A program made the position numbers and the translations under genes. Positions 36,598-48,552 of a stretch of DNA of 64,000 nt are shown here, in pieces. Position 1 is the stretch's first letter. Each line of letters starts with the position of its first letter. The notes beneath the pieces were generated by a model that saw only the letters and a program-made list of their open reading frames with translations, was not told the origin of the DNA and did not search any database. The stretch spans positions 51,389,522 to 51,453,521 of the forward strand of contig JARDVH010000042.1 in assembly GCA_030324005.1 (NCBI GenBank), read 5' to 3'. The DNA comes from Negaprion brevirostris (Eukaryota).

Positions 36598-37243
36598 GAG
36601 ACTGGAGAATCCCAGCCGCGGGCGAGGTTGGAGAATCCCAGTCGTGAGTGAGGCTGGAGAATCCCAGCCATGAGCGAGGCTGGAGAATCCCAGTCGCGGG
36701 CGAGGTCGGAGAATCTTAGCCGTGGGTGAGGTCGGAGAATCCCAGCCACGCGGGCGAGGCTGGAGAATCCTAGCTGTGAGCGAGGCCGGAGAATCCTAGC
36801 CGTGAGCAAGGCTGGAGAATCCTAGCCGTGAGCAAGGCTGGAGAATCCTAGCCGTGAGCAAGGCTGGAGCATCCCAGCCGCGTGGGCGAGGTTGGAAATC
36901 CCAGCCGTGAGCAAGGCCGGAGAATCCTAACCATGAGCAAGGCTGGAGAATCCCGGCTGTGGGCGAGGCTGGAGAATCCCAGCCGTGAGCGAGGTCAGAG
37001 AATCCTAGCTGTGAGCGAGGCTGGAGAATCCCAGCCGCGTGGGCGAGGCTGGAGAATCCTAGCTGTGAGCGAGGCTGGAGAATCCCAGCCGCGGACGAGG
37101 CTGGAGAATCCCAGCTGTGAGCGAGGCTGGAGAATCCCAGCCATGAGCGAGGCTAAAGAATCGCAGCCGTGAGCGAGGCTGGAGAATCCTAGCCGCAGCA
37201 AGGCTGGAGAATCCCAGCTGCGGGCGAAGCTGGAAAATCCCAA
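36598..37243. repeat. Minisatellite, about 25 x 26 bp (GAGGCTGGAGAATCCCAGCCGTGAGC), grown from a MITE at 36526
   Basis: 25 GAGAATC-like cores counted by eye; unit continuous with the MITE core. Confidence 0.95.
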
Positions 37244-37574
37244 GCGAGACATCAAGGGATTGTAACATCAAGGGAAGAATGGAGGGATCAGCCTTGATGT
37301 TCCTTCCCTGCGCTCTGTCCCGACGTGGAGATGGCTTTTCATTCAGTGTGGAATTTCTTCTGGATTCCGTTCTCAGCCCCAGCTTCCTCCGGTTCCCCAG
37401 TGCATTCAGCTGACACGTTTAACATTCATTTATTTATTAGTGTCACAAGTAGGTTTAGATTAACACTGCAATGAAGTTACTGTGAAAATCCCCGGATGGG
37501 ATTGTGGAATATTTCCGGAAAAATAGAGGCTGCTAACTTTAGATGCTTCCAGCACTCAGAGAAATTGTACTTAC

Positions 37575-37688
37575 AACTAATGTGGGCATCTTGAAATGAA
37601 AGCCTGTAACTTTCTTCCCGGAATATTCCCAGGAGACTGGAATAACTGGAGCAGTGAGGCGTGCTGACTCATAGACAGACAGGCCCAG
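37575..37688 (-). pseudogene. Exon remnant
   Basis: Donor GTT/gtaagt, acceptor gattgtag; 114 nt; one frame open (LGLSVYESARLTAPVIPVSWEYSGKKVTGFHFKMPTLV). Confidence 0.5.
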
Positions 37689-37839
37689 CTACAATCATAT
37701 ACACTTCCTTCAAATTAATACCTCAGATAAGATGCTTTGTGAATCACATTCTCCCTGGGAGTCTTTAACCCTTCTGGAATATTTCTCTAACTCTGCTTTG
37801 TTGCTTTTAGAATCAGTACAGAAGCAGGCTGTTCAGCCC

Positions 37840-38193
37840 ACAGAACCATAGAAAATTACAGCTCAGAAACTGGCCTTCTGGCCCTTCTTGTCTGTGCCCA
37901 ACCATTTTTCTGTCTAGTCCCACTGACCTGCACTTGAACCATATCCCCCCACACCCCTCTCATCCATGTACCCGTCCAAGTTTTTCTTAAATGTTAAAAG
38001 TGACCACACATTTATCCGGCAGCTCATTCCACACTCCCACCACTCTCTGCGTGAAGAACCCCTCCCTAATATTCCCTTTAAACTTTTCTCCTTTCACCCT
38101 TAACCCATGCCCTCTGGGTTTTTTTCTCCCCTAGCCTCAGTGGAAAAAGCCTGCTTGCATTCACTCTATCTACACCCATCAAAATCTTATACA
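37840..38193 (-). mobile_element. CR1 3' end
   Basis: catagaaaattacag tail, then reverse of RGHGLRVKGEKFKGNIRGGFFTQRVVGVWN. Confidence 0.9.
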
Positions 38194-38527
38194 NNNNNNN
38201 NNNNNNNNNNNNNNNNNNNNNNNNNNNNNNNNNNNNNNNNNNNNNNNNNNNNNNNNNNNNNNNNNNNNNNNNNNNNNNNNNNNNNNNNNNNNNAGGCAGA
38301 TTTAATCCTGGTTTTCAGAAGAGTTGGATAAGCAATTGAAGAAACTATAACTGCAGAGTTACAGGGATAGGTTCCAGGGTGGGATGAATTTAACCAGTCT
38401 TGCAGAGAGCCAGTATGGACTTAGCAAGCCAAATAGCCTCCTCCTGTGCTGTAACCATTTAGAAACTGAGTGAATACCAGGCTCCATCGATGCCAGTCTA
38501 TGGTAAGGCCCCAGAAAGTGCCCATAC

Positions 38528-38756
38528 ATTGTTCAGGCTGATTGATCCGATAAAATTAGCTTCCTTCTCCCTCTAGGAACTGTTTAACTTCCACTTGCTA
38601 ATTTCAATAGCAGATACAAGATTACATCCTATGCCATCCAACAGTTTCTGCGAGATTGCCTTCAAACGAGATACTGCTCGTGACCCTAACTTGCAACAAA
38701 ACTCTACAAGTCCGAATTCAGAATCTTTATAGTGACTCAAACTCAATGCTGTCTAC
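38528..38756 (-). pseudogene. Exon remnant
   Basis: Acceptor ttttgcatgaccttag, donor AAT/gtatgg; TALSLSHYKDSEFGLVEFCCKLGSRAVSRLKAISQKLLDGIGCNLVSAIEISKWKLNSS*. Confidence 0.55.
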
Positions 38757-39689
38757 CTAAGGTCATGCAAAAGTAAGTCATCCTCCTCTTAAAAAATGTT
38801 ACAAATGTTAGTCTATCAAACATAACATCCCTTGGCCAAATACTGTAATCTTACTTAACTGTGAAAATAAGCAACACCAAAAAGAGTAAATCTAACAAAA
38901 ACAAGTCTGTAGGTTATCAGCATCTGAATTGATTTCAACAACCTCTTCAATAGTAGAATGTGAGGAATTCCACTAACCCTTTTGAGCTCTGTGTGGCCCA
39001 GACTTGAGTATCAGGTGATAAATCTGAGGTGGTGAGGGTAACTTGAACTGGCTATTTATTTAACATATGCAACCTTAAGCAGTTAGTGTTTCACCGGCAA
39101 TCATTAAGCGGTGCCAGTGACAGGACCAGAAACCACTAAAGCTATGGCATTTAAAATTCATTATGCTTTTCCAAGCTGTGCCCTTAGGCATTGAAAGTAG
39201 AAGCACTTTTCTACCAGACTCATTAGCAAACATGGTAGAGCTCAAATGAGGAACCCAGGTGACTCACATACTAGTGTAATGCATATTATGGTACTGCCTA
39301 TATTGGTAGTGAATTTAATTCCCAGTCAGCAAGGAACTAACTGATCTCAGAGTTCAGTGGGGTATCCCCTCCTGCTCAGTATCTCAGCACCCTGTTGGAA
39401 AACACAAAACTATAAGCTTGTTGAGAGAAGGCAGAACTTGCTTCATTTATGATGCCACCAAGGTAAAATGCTCATTCAACACTCTCAGCCCAGAACAGAT
39501 ATGAAGGCATATTGTGAGGAAACTACAAACTTGTTCTGTTGCTGTCTCAACAGGGACAGACAGGACAGAAGAAAATTTCAAAAAGTTACCAGAAAAAGAT
39601 GAATTTTATAGCATTATTATTTTGGTACTGTGAATTAATATCTGGGTTTGGGGACAAAGAAAGCAGCAATAATAACCTGAATAAGACTT

Positions 39690-39825
39690 AGCTCAGAATT
39701 CTCCGGCCATTCACGCCCCACCGCCTCCAGCAAAGGCGGAGAATTTGGCACACGGCCAAACCTCAGTTCACTGAAGCGGGACCAGAGAATCTCACTGGCG
39801 TGAATGGCCGGAAAATTCCAGCCTT
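39690..39825. mobile_element. Short palindromic MITE (best-preserved copy)
   Basis: gaattctccggccattcacgcc...ggcgtgaatggccggaaaattc inverted arms. Confidence 0.8.
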
Positions 39826-39946
39826 AGTTTTTAGTATTTCTTTTAAATAGGGATACTGTTACAAGGTTATTGCACAATTTAGGAATGCAAGTGTATAAAC
39901 CCCAGGGGCAAAACATATTACACTCCCATATCTTCCACGATGTTAC

Positions 39947-40304
39947 TCATAGTAATGTGGAGATAATAATGCACCACCCAAAATGTACTGCACACCATCT
40001 CTCTTCCCACACGTGTACATTTAGTCCTATCCATGCAATATCTGTGCAACATTTAGCCCTGATTTCATAAATGTTGACCTTCCACAGCCTTTCAGATTCC
40101 AGCAGAACCTGTTCATAGTCAGCTATCTTTTGGCAGCATTTGGGTTAATCCTAAGTGGCAAAAAATTCATTTGTACAAAAGTACATGCACCAATATATAG
40201 TGTCATGCTGCATTTTGTTTTTAAGAAATATATCATTCACAGGAACACTTGCAAGCACAATTTCGAGGAATTACAAATGGATGCACTCTATCCTGCCTTG
40301 AACA
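39947..40304 (-). pseudogene. Exon remnant
   Basis: Single frame FLEIVLASVPVNDIFLKNK...KIADYEQVLLESERLWKVNIYEIRAKCCTDIAWIGLNVHVWEERWCAVHFG with a few stops; boundaries approximate. Confidence 0.6.
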
Positions 40305-40897
40305 CTTGGACATGGTGAAAATTTTTTTTTTAGGGAAATTAGGAAAATAATACCAATGCGCAATTGATAATCTAATACTTGAGTATCATTTCAAGATTCT
40401 CGTTTCATTCGGTGCACGATTAGTTAACTCAATAACTCACTACCAATCACTTACTAAAATAATACAAAGTTTTGGGACTAAATATCCTACAATGGTTCTT
40501 GCTGATTGCAATACACAAGACAATCACAGCTGGAGTCGAGAAGTAGATAGATGTGGGAAAGAAAGAAAGAATGAATGAATGTCGTGAGCAGGGCAGTCAC
40601 CACCAGTAAAACTGATGCCTCAACTATTTATTTCTGGTTGGACATAACCAAGTCTGATATGCTCCCATTCTGCTGTGGCGACTTCTGGACCCTCCAACAC
40701 TAACTGTGTCACCATCAATTATCTTACAAAAGCTTCTGATCACAGCTGTCAGAATGAGAAACTAAAATTAAAGTAGGCACCTAAAAGACTGGAGCATATC
40801 GAATAACCTTTTGCTACTCTCAGGAGATCACCTTGTTTGGGTCAACGAAGACAAAACAAAATTAGGGGCATTCTGATAAAGCAGAACTGCGTAATGT

Positions 40898-41179
40898 ATG
40901 GTGGCACAATGGTTAGCACTGCTGCTTCATAGCACCAGGGACCCAGCTTGAATCACTGCCTGTGTGCAGACTGCACCTTCTCCGTGTCTGCATGGGTTTA
41001 CCCCGAGTGCTCCAGTTTCCTGTCAGAGTGCAAAAGACGTGCAGATTAGGTGCATTGGCCATGCTAAATTCTCCTGTGCGCCTGAACAGGTGCTGGAGAG
41101 TGACAGCTAGAGAATTTTCACAGTAACTTCATTGCAGTGTTAATGCAAGTCTACTTATGAGACTAATCAATAAACTTTA
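40898..41179 (+). mobile_element. V-SINE, alternative tail
   Basis: Head, V-domain and TTTTCACAGTAACTTCATTGCAGTG tail. Confidence 0.9.
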
Positions 41180-41282
41180 TTCGCACCCATTTTAATCCCA
41201 GCTTTGAGGATGTAGTGATTTATAATGAGAGGAGCATGCTGCCACGTCAGCACACAGTATGTGCAATATACTGAAATCATAC

Positions 41283-41663
41283 GCCAGTGTTCACAAAAGA
41301 GAAGAAATCTTCCTTGAACTGCCTCTCAGTTTCTAGCCCCCTCTCTTAGCATTCCCTATTCTTGAATTTCTACACTTCTTTCCTCTGGCTGGATTGCTAT
41401 CACACTCCTTGTTATGAAATCCATAGCTTTGACTTTTTTCTGCTCAATTACTTTAGCTCTCCATTTAACTTTACTTTCCTGATGTTTCTTCAGTCCATCT
41501 TCAGTGCTTAATATGATTCTAAGATCCCTGATTGCTGGATGATAACGCTGCATAATATTCTTTGATATAATGTTTGATTATCTTCTTTCTATTCACCCTG
41601 GGATCTTGCGCCAGGGAAGACCAATCACAAGGGAGTGGCGTTTGCATTTCAGGCAAGTGTATC
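41283..41663 (-). pseudogene. Exon remnant
   Basis: Acceptor ttatgttcttgttgtatattag, donor GGC/gtatga; YTCLKCKRHSLVIGLPWRKIPG*...MQRYHPAIRDLRIILSTEDGLKKHQESKVKW... / LETERQFKEDFFSFVNTG. Confidence 0.65.
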
Positions 41664-42828
41664 CTAATATACAACAAGAACATAACACTCCTTACAATGA
41701 GTAGTGGTGGTGGTGGTGTTGGGGAGGGGTGGAGGAGAGAGACCTGACAGTGTATATAAAAAAAAGAGGCAAAATATGTAAATCCTCAAAGCTCCTGGCA
41801 TCTGAACGATGACAGTTCCTGGAATCAAAATGAAGAGGTAAAATAAAGCTCAGGCCTCCTTCTCCTGGTACTCGAGTAGGCAGAATGCAAAAGAAAAAAA
41901 AAATGGGGCAAGCATCAATCAACATCCTCCACTTGAGATCTGCTCTCCCCACTACGGATAGAAGAATATAAAAATAGCCAAAGGCCACGTGTTCTGGTCA
42001 GCTTTAAACACTTTGGTGCTTAAAAGTTTGTCAAATGCAGCTGTCAGATCAAGATAATAAAGCTTAGCAAAGCATGCAAGTTATTCCAGGTAGCTGCCTC
42101 AAGAGAAACACTTGCATGCAGGCCACAGAGCAGTCACAGTATGGGCAGAATGCTTGCTTGTGACTGCAGCTCTGTAATGAATAATTGAAGAATTTACGTT
42201 TCACGACCTACTCTTAGCTTTGTGGTGGTTTGCATAATTTTGTTTAGGTAGAAAACTAAAGCTCAGTGCACACCAAAAGAAGTAATTTCACGCATGAGAT
42301 GGCAGATAAGATTTTGCCATTCTGAGTTTCTGAAATAAATGAAACCGAGGTACAATCTTTGGCAGAAACAAAAACATACTCCACTATCCACTTGACTACC
42401 ATTTGTTCACTGGTTTACTAGGGTTTCTGCACAAGGGAAGACAAATCACAACATGCCAAAAGTGGAGGCTTATTTCAGGCCGATCTATCCAAATGAGCAA
42501 TAGGAATACAACACACCCTCAAAGATGTCAAACCAAATATCATAAATACACCACCAAGACAACCTAAGTTGATAGTTCTCCCTCGACTTATACTATCAAA
42601 ACAAGCTAACTAGTCACTCAACTCATTGCTGTTTGCATAATCTAGTTGGATGTAACGCTTGCTACGTACCACTACTCACTAAATGCTTGATGCATTTTGA
42701 GGTTTTTCTGAGAAGTTATAATGGTCTCCAATGAAGCAAGGCTTTGAGATTACATAACACTGAGGCATTATTTTATTCTATGAAATTTTGGGACGTATTA
42801 TATGCCTGCCATCATTTTGTCAACTCAC

Positions 42829-42901
42829 CATTGTGCAAAGATGTGACAGATGATAATTCCAGAACATGTATATCCTATGAAGCCATATCTCTGACAGATT
42901 A
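42829..42901 (-). pseudogene. Exon remnant (73 nt)
   Basis: Acceptor tgtcgtctttactgtag, consensus donor ATG/gtgagt; frame ambiguous. Confidence 0.6.
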
Positions 42902-43206
42902 CTACAGTAAAGACGACAGTGGATAAACAGAATTGTCATAAAAACACAGTATATAGCACAGCAAAAACCAAAATAACCATTTTTCACACAGATCTAAAAA
43001 TTTCAGGTACATCATAAGTACTTTTTCCACCAACATTTATCCACTTGTTTAATTGATTTAATATGTGTTTTACATTTTTCTTTGTTTCCTTTTGTGTGCT
43101 TCTGCAAAATTGAGAGTGGTTGGACCATAGAATTCCAACAGTACGTAAACAAAATATGTTTCAATGATCAGTGCAAAATCTTCATTACTCAAGTGTTCTT
43201 GCTTAC

Positions 43207-43324
43207 ATCAATTGCAAATGGAGATGGGAAATGGTAAAAAGTGAAATATTTTTAGATAATATCCTCCGACTTTCGGTGCAAGACATCATTGTCACAAAAA
43301 CCATCACTGGTCTCACAGCATCCG
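43207..43324 (-). pseudogene. Exon remnant (118 nt)
   Basis: Acceptor tttccatcag, donor GAT/gtaagc; DVLHRKSEDII*KYFTFYHFPSPFAID. Confidence 0.55.
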
Positions 43325-45558
43325 CTGATGGAAATTTATCCCTCCCCCCCCTCCACCCCCGAACCGTGAATAGGACACTGCCATCATTACAAAGCAAACT
43401 TGTCAGCTGGCACTGCACTTCAACCTCTGACCCCCAACACAGCAAGAAGTTCGTTCACAGTCCCAGCAGCATTAAACGGGGTGGGGGAAATGTCTCCAGA
43501 AGCAGCCTACTGCCTTGTTTCCTTTCAATGGTGGCACACAGACTTGGTCAAGCAACACAATCCCACAGACTTAATAAACAAACCATTTTTTATGTGTATT
43601 TGACGGGTCCTCACCCTCGTTTTAACAACTGCTTTCACAAGCATTTAGCCGCTGAGAAGCTTCTATTCTTGCTTCAAATTTGATTAATTTGCGCTATTCA
43701 TGTGTCTACTTTTTGAGCACAATGAAAATGAACTGGCTTTTAGTCAATGTACAAGCAATTTAAATCAGAACTCTTCATACTTTTGCAAAAGCAATGATAA
43801 TGGTAGCTACTGGCTTGTTAATACTTCCCAGCAACACAAAGTGGAACCTTTTTCCTGACAATCAAATTCTACCTGTCTAAAAGCAGGAGGACTGGAATCA
43901 GAAAGAGGCAACAGCTGCAAAATTAAAATAAGTGGCACCTTCCTATAGTGTATGCAGATGCAAGTAAACATTATATAGACTCAGACGTGCTGCAGTAATA
44001 TTTTGCTTCCTCCACCATCTGCCTGCCCTTTATATGCAAAACTAATCAGCGCAAGCCAGCCACTCTTTCCTCCCTCTCTCAAAAAAATCACTTAAAAGGG
44101 CCTAATGTGGTTCAGCAAGTAGACTGCTGAGACTTAAAAAAAATATGAGCCTTATGTGGTCTCTAGAGCCCGACAAATGTAGGCTAGACTCTCAGCTGCT
44201 CAGAGGCTTATTTTACCAGTGGGTGGGTGCAAGGGATCTCATTTTATCTCGAGGGAGATCGTGTTCAATCTCCAAATTGAAATTAAAGCTAAAACCTGCC
44301 CCTCATCCTCTTGTTCTAAAAATATCTGCATTCCTTACTTTACAAAATAAATAAATACCTTTCCTAACTTGTAATGTTGTCTTTTTCTTCCAGAGCAGCC
44401 AATCATTCAGCTTGCAGGACAGAGGCTGTGCTTCCCAGGATTAATTCTCAACGTGTTCCATTTTAGATAACTGTTGTGCACAAACAGCGCTCACCAGTCA
44501 AAATATCCACTGTAAGGCACTTCCTTTCGCCTTTTAAATCACCCAAGGTAGCTAGTTCTGCAACTGGCCTCTGGCATGTATTGTGCTATGTCACATAATT
44601 AACTGTGATTAATGCTCCATTTTAAATGTCAAACAACAATAATTTCATAAGCAACAGCATGTTTTAATACACTTAGAAAAGCAGGTGGCTCGCATCATTG
44701 CCTTTACATACACTGCCGACGGAATGCAACAATGGCCTGGCACGTCAAAGAGTCAATTAGTATGTGCAAACTGCAATGCCTTGTGGGTAATTATCATAAT
44801 CTTCTGTGCCTCCTAATTAAGACACAGATAGAGCATCCATCTGCAAGTGCATAATGACTGATTCTTCATACCACTCTAGCACTGGGAGAGACGTCCACTG
44901 CGGGAACCACTGGCAGTCCCACCATACTGATGGGGGTTTGAACAGGCAAGTCAAGTCTAAGGACTTGCCAGGGCCTGGTTGGCATCAGTGCTGGGGGGAT
45001 ATGCACCACTGGCACAGCCAAGGTATGTGTCATAAAGATGGGGATGAATGGGGATCTGAGTGGGAATGGACTAGGTAGGAACGGTCAGAAGCTAGTGGTG
45101 CTCTCCTGGTTGGTGGGGGCTTGGGGTGGGGTGGGGTGGGGTGGGGGGGGGGGGGGGGAGGAGGTGGTGGCAGGCAATCATTTCATTTTTGAGGGATGGG
45201 GCCCATCACTTCACGCAGAGATCAGGGTGCCCTCTCAAAATGGTGTTACAATCTCTGAACAGCGGGCTTTCTGCAATGGATTCACTTGCATCTTTCCTCA
45301 GGTGGGTGACCTCCCACCTGACCAACACAACCAGTACAAAGCATTCATTTTCCCAATGGTGTGGGCACTTAGCCTGAATATGGGAGAATTCCACCCAACA
45401 CTTCTTCCAAGCCACAGTACAGCCGTTCTCCAAATCTTCGAACAATATTGCCTCCTGAGAAGTGACCCAAGTTCAAGGCAGGTGCTACTTGCATTTCATT
45501 CCATGTTTTGAATACTGATATTGAAACTCATGCCGTGAAATGTTTGCTGCCTAAATAC

Positions 45559-45905
45559 CCTGCTGAAATCTGCTGGGATGCCACAGAGTTTTGGTGTAAA
45601 CAACAGAAGGCTTTCAAAATGGAGAAATCTGTAAACAGAATGATTCAAGTATATCTGGCTATAACTAAAGGGCGAAATGTCACACCTCATGCTGGGGCAA
45701 CAACTGAATCACTCAAAGATCCCAGGTTCAAAAAGATGGCATTTGTCATATCAAGAATGTGCATTAACACTGAGTCATGGTTGCAGCACCGGGGAGAGTA
45801 CCAAGTGGTAAGATCATGGAGTTTATTGCAATCTATTTTGAAACCACTCCTGAAAGTTCCTATACTCCTGCAGCAAGTGTGCCACAAGCTTTTCAGTAGC
45901 AGCAG
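45559..45905 (-). pseudogene. Exon remnant with apparently mutated acceptor
   Basis: ATEKLVAHLLQEYRNFQEWFQNRLQ*...YRFLHFESLLLFTPKLCGIPADFSR; acceptor reads ctctgcttcataa. Confidence 0.55.
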
Positions 45906-45988
45906 TTATGAAGCAGAGGTCGCACACACATTATAGTTTCAACTCTTCAAATATACATTCTGCTTATGAATATATATAGTTCACTTAC

Positions 45989-46156
45989 ATCTGACACAAG
46001 ACACTTGCAGTTTTAAGAGACCTTTCTGGTTCTGCTCTTTACTGACTTCGAATCTATCCTCCATTGAGTGCATCACCACAGACTTGAAGTTAGGATTGCA
46101 GCTTACAAGTGAACCTGTATCTTCAGAAGCAATGCAAACCTTCTTGTCTATGGTAA
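45989..46156 (-). pseudogene. Exon remnant (168 nt, open)
   Basis: Acceptor ttttatgtatcttttattctgtaaag, donor GAT/gtaagt; TIDKKVCIASEDTGSLVSCNPNFKSVVMHSMEDRFEVSKEQNQKGLLKLQVSCVR, phase 1-1. Confidence 0.7.
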
Positions 46157-46192
46157 CTTTACAGAATAAAAGATACATAAAAGTGCAGAGAC

Positions 46193-46322
46193 CAAGGCTG
46201 AAATCCTCCGTTCACACTCCATTACCATCACAAGTGAGGATGAAGAATTTGGTGCTCAGCCAAATCTTCATTCATTGCTGCAGGATTGGAGAATTCCACT
46301 GGTGTGAACAGTTAGAGAATTT
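46193..46322. mobile_element. Short palindromic MITE
   Basis: cgttcacac...gaatttggtgctcagccaaatc...ggtgtgaaca. Confidence 0.65.
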
Positions 46323-47278
46323 TTTTTTGGAAATCCAAAAAAATCAAGCATTTACTATACAAGAAAACATGTATTGTATAACTGTCCTAATTAATTGATT
46401 ATGTTAAAGACATTAAAAGTGCCATGAACTGTTAATTACCTCAACCAGACTTGACTCATTTATTTCTATACACATTAGACTTAAACACTCAAAACTCAAG
46501 TCAGACAATCAAAAATTGGAGGATTTGCCAGTTGGTACGAGTACTGCTTTGAAGATTTGTATAAGCGCTGAGATGTCTTGGGCCAAATGCTGACTTCTGG
46601 CAAGGTTTTCTTTTCAAATCTCCTCCAAAAATTGATCTCAGTTGCATACAGGCGCCGCTGATATCTTAAGTGGAGTCACCTTGGGTTAGAACTCTCCTAG
46701 TTCTGATGTTCTTATATTCTGTAGTTTTGCATCTAAATATCTCTCTCCGCAACTTGGCTACCACAGATATCCAACTCACCGTTAGTGAAGTCCTTCACTT
46801 AAGAGTTCTAAACTCTTTTAGCCAGCATCCGGAATTTCAACTCAATTCTGCTGGCTATTTTCCCTGTTCTACAGCTAATTTGCTCTAAGCTCGAAGAACT
46901 TGTTTGAAATAGAACTACCCCCCCCCCCTTATAACTTACTCCTTTTTACACTTTTCCTATTGTTTGTCATCCAGGCAACTCGGTCTCACAATCAGTTACT
47001 GAATGAAACCGCATTACCAGAAATGATCTCCCAGAGAAACACAGTTCTTAAAAGGCACCCAGTCCCAGCTTAGGTTTTTTCCCAAAAACACATGGTCCAT
47101 CACACTTTGAAGCCAATTTTAAGATGGAAGTTGAATAACATGAGGAGATGGTGATGTAATGGTAATGTCACTATCACTAATCCAGAGGTCCAGGCAGCTG
47201 GTGAAATTTGAATCAATTAATAAATGTGGAATATAGAACCAGTCCCAGCAATACTGGCTTTGATAACAATCATCAATT

Positions 47279-47578
47279 GGGCAGCATGGTGGCACAACAG
47301 TTAGCACTGCTGCCTCTCCGAGCCAGGGATCCAGGTTCGATTTCCCCTTGGGTGATTGCCCGTGTGGAGTTTGCATGTTCTCCCTGTGTCTGCATGGGTT
47401 TCCCTCCAGGTGCTCTGGTTTCTTCCCACAGTCCACAGATGTGTTAGCCATGCTAAATGCATGGGGTTATGGGCGCAGGGCGGGGGAAAGGGGTGGGCCT
47501 GAGTAAGATGCTCTTTCAGAGGGTCGCTGCAGACTCAATGGGCTGAATGGCATTCTTCTGCACTGTTAGAATTCTATG
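47279..47578 (+). mobile_element. HE1 SINE adjoining a family-B SINE head (47140-47278)
   Basis: GGGCAGCATGGTGGCACA...GGTTCGATTTCC...CTGCACTGTTAGAATTCTATG. Confidence 0.9.
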
Positions 47579-48390
47579 GAAGAGCTAGTAAACCGAATAG
47601 CTTTGACATTTTAAGACCAAAGTTCAACTTCAAATCTTCTTGAGTGAGGAATTAACATGATAAACAGGTGCACCATAAAATGTTTCCTGTTCTGTTCTCC
47701 CTGCAATAGAAAACCTATACCTCAATTTAAGAAAAGAAAAAACACTGCTCCACCAATCCAGCATTTCCATTTTTAAACCACTTAAGTCTGTAAGCCTCTT
47801 ACAGGTAGATTGTCAATGTAGTGCTAAGTATTGCCAAATTAGTGCTAATAGTAATCATTAATATCAGCTTTGCATAGTCAGAACTGGATTGAGACTGCTC
47901 GCATGCCTTTCATTTAGGAGTCAGAGTTTGATTCAATTAGCTGAGCCTGTACTGAAGATAGTGCTCAAACTCACTACAAAAATCCAAGCCTGTATTTGCA
48001 TATTATGTACTCCTTAGGTCCAACATCACAGGAAAGGATCTGTTAACAAACTAGGTAATCATAAGCTTGAATCTCATGTAGCTCATCCCCTTGAGGTTCA
48101 CGTCTTTCTGCTGGCAATACCTTTTTGCAATATTTACCCGATTATTGGACATTGGGGTTAATCAGCACACCTGAATGCTCTACCTGGAAGCGACATTTTA
48201 AAATCACAACCTTAGATAGCATATTCATCAAGCCAACAGGAAACACATGAGANNNNNNNNNNNNNNNNNNNNNNNNNNNNNNNNNNNNNNNNNNNNNNNN
48301 NNNNNNNNNNNNNNNNNNNNNNNNNNNNNNNNNNNNNNNNNNNNNNNNNNNNCACATGAGAGCAGGTTATGAGAAGTTTACAATACATAC

Positions 48391-48552
48391 TGTTCTTCTC
48401 ACATAGATGAATGAGATCAAGTAATTCAAGGAATGCAGTCTCCATAAATATGATCGGCAAATGCTTTCTTCATGATTGCAACTCCTTTGACAGGAAACAA
48501 AACTGCAGCATTCTAGGTATTTTCTTAAGCCTTTTACATCTATTGACATTCT
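48391..48552 (-). pseudogene. Exon remnant
   Basis: Donor ACA/gtatgt; acceptor before 48552 (weak) or before 48484; MLQFCFLSKELQS*RKHLPIIFMETAFLELLDLIHLCEKN, phase 1 into the exon at 46156. Confidence 0.55.

Larger units (their letters stand above)
3597..48552 (-). pseudogene. Large multi-exon unitary pseudogene; unknown >2000-aa protein with a C-terminal kinase-like domain
   Basis: About 22 same-strand segments bounded by pyrimidine-rich AG acceptors and GT donors, located in TE-free DNA. They translate to protein-like sequence with scattered TAA/TAG/TGA and frameshifts. Several junctions are phase-compatible. Individual exons are listed separately. Confidence 0.75.

Noticed and set aside
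36598-37243. CRISPR-like array of palindromic repeats
   Set aside because: No unique spacers (only ~8-bp variants of one linker), no cas genes, vertebrate context; it is a MITE-derived minisatellite and its ORFs are repeat translations
41356-41553. Ancient CR1 fragment (RDLRII...)
   Set aside because: It sits inside a segment with its own splice sites and lacks other CR1 motifs; treated as a fossil exon
45115-45170. G-run with quadruplex potential (also 68-120)
   Set aside because: Homopolymer or low-complexity tracts inside repeats, common in this genome, with no supporting context
45508-45936. 142-aa plus-strand ORF (also 43171-43683, 20047-20529, 45038-45511)
   Set aside because: Antisense shadows of fossil exons or read-through of SINE and low-complexity DNA; no recognisable product
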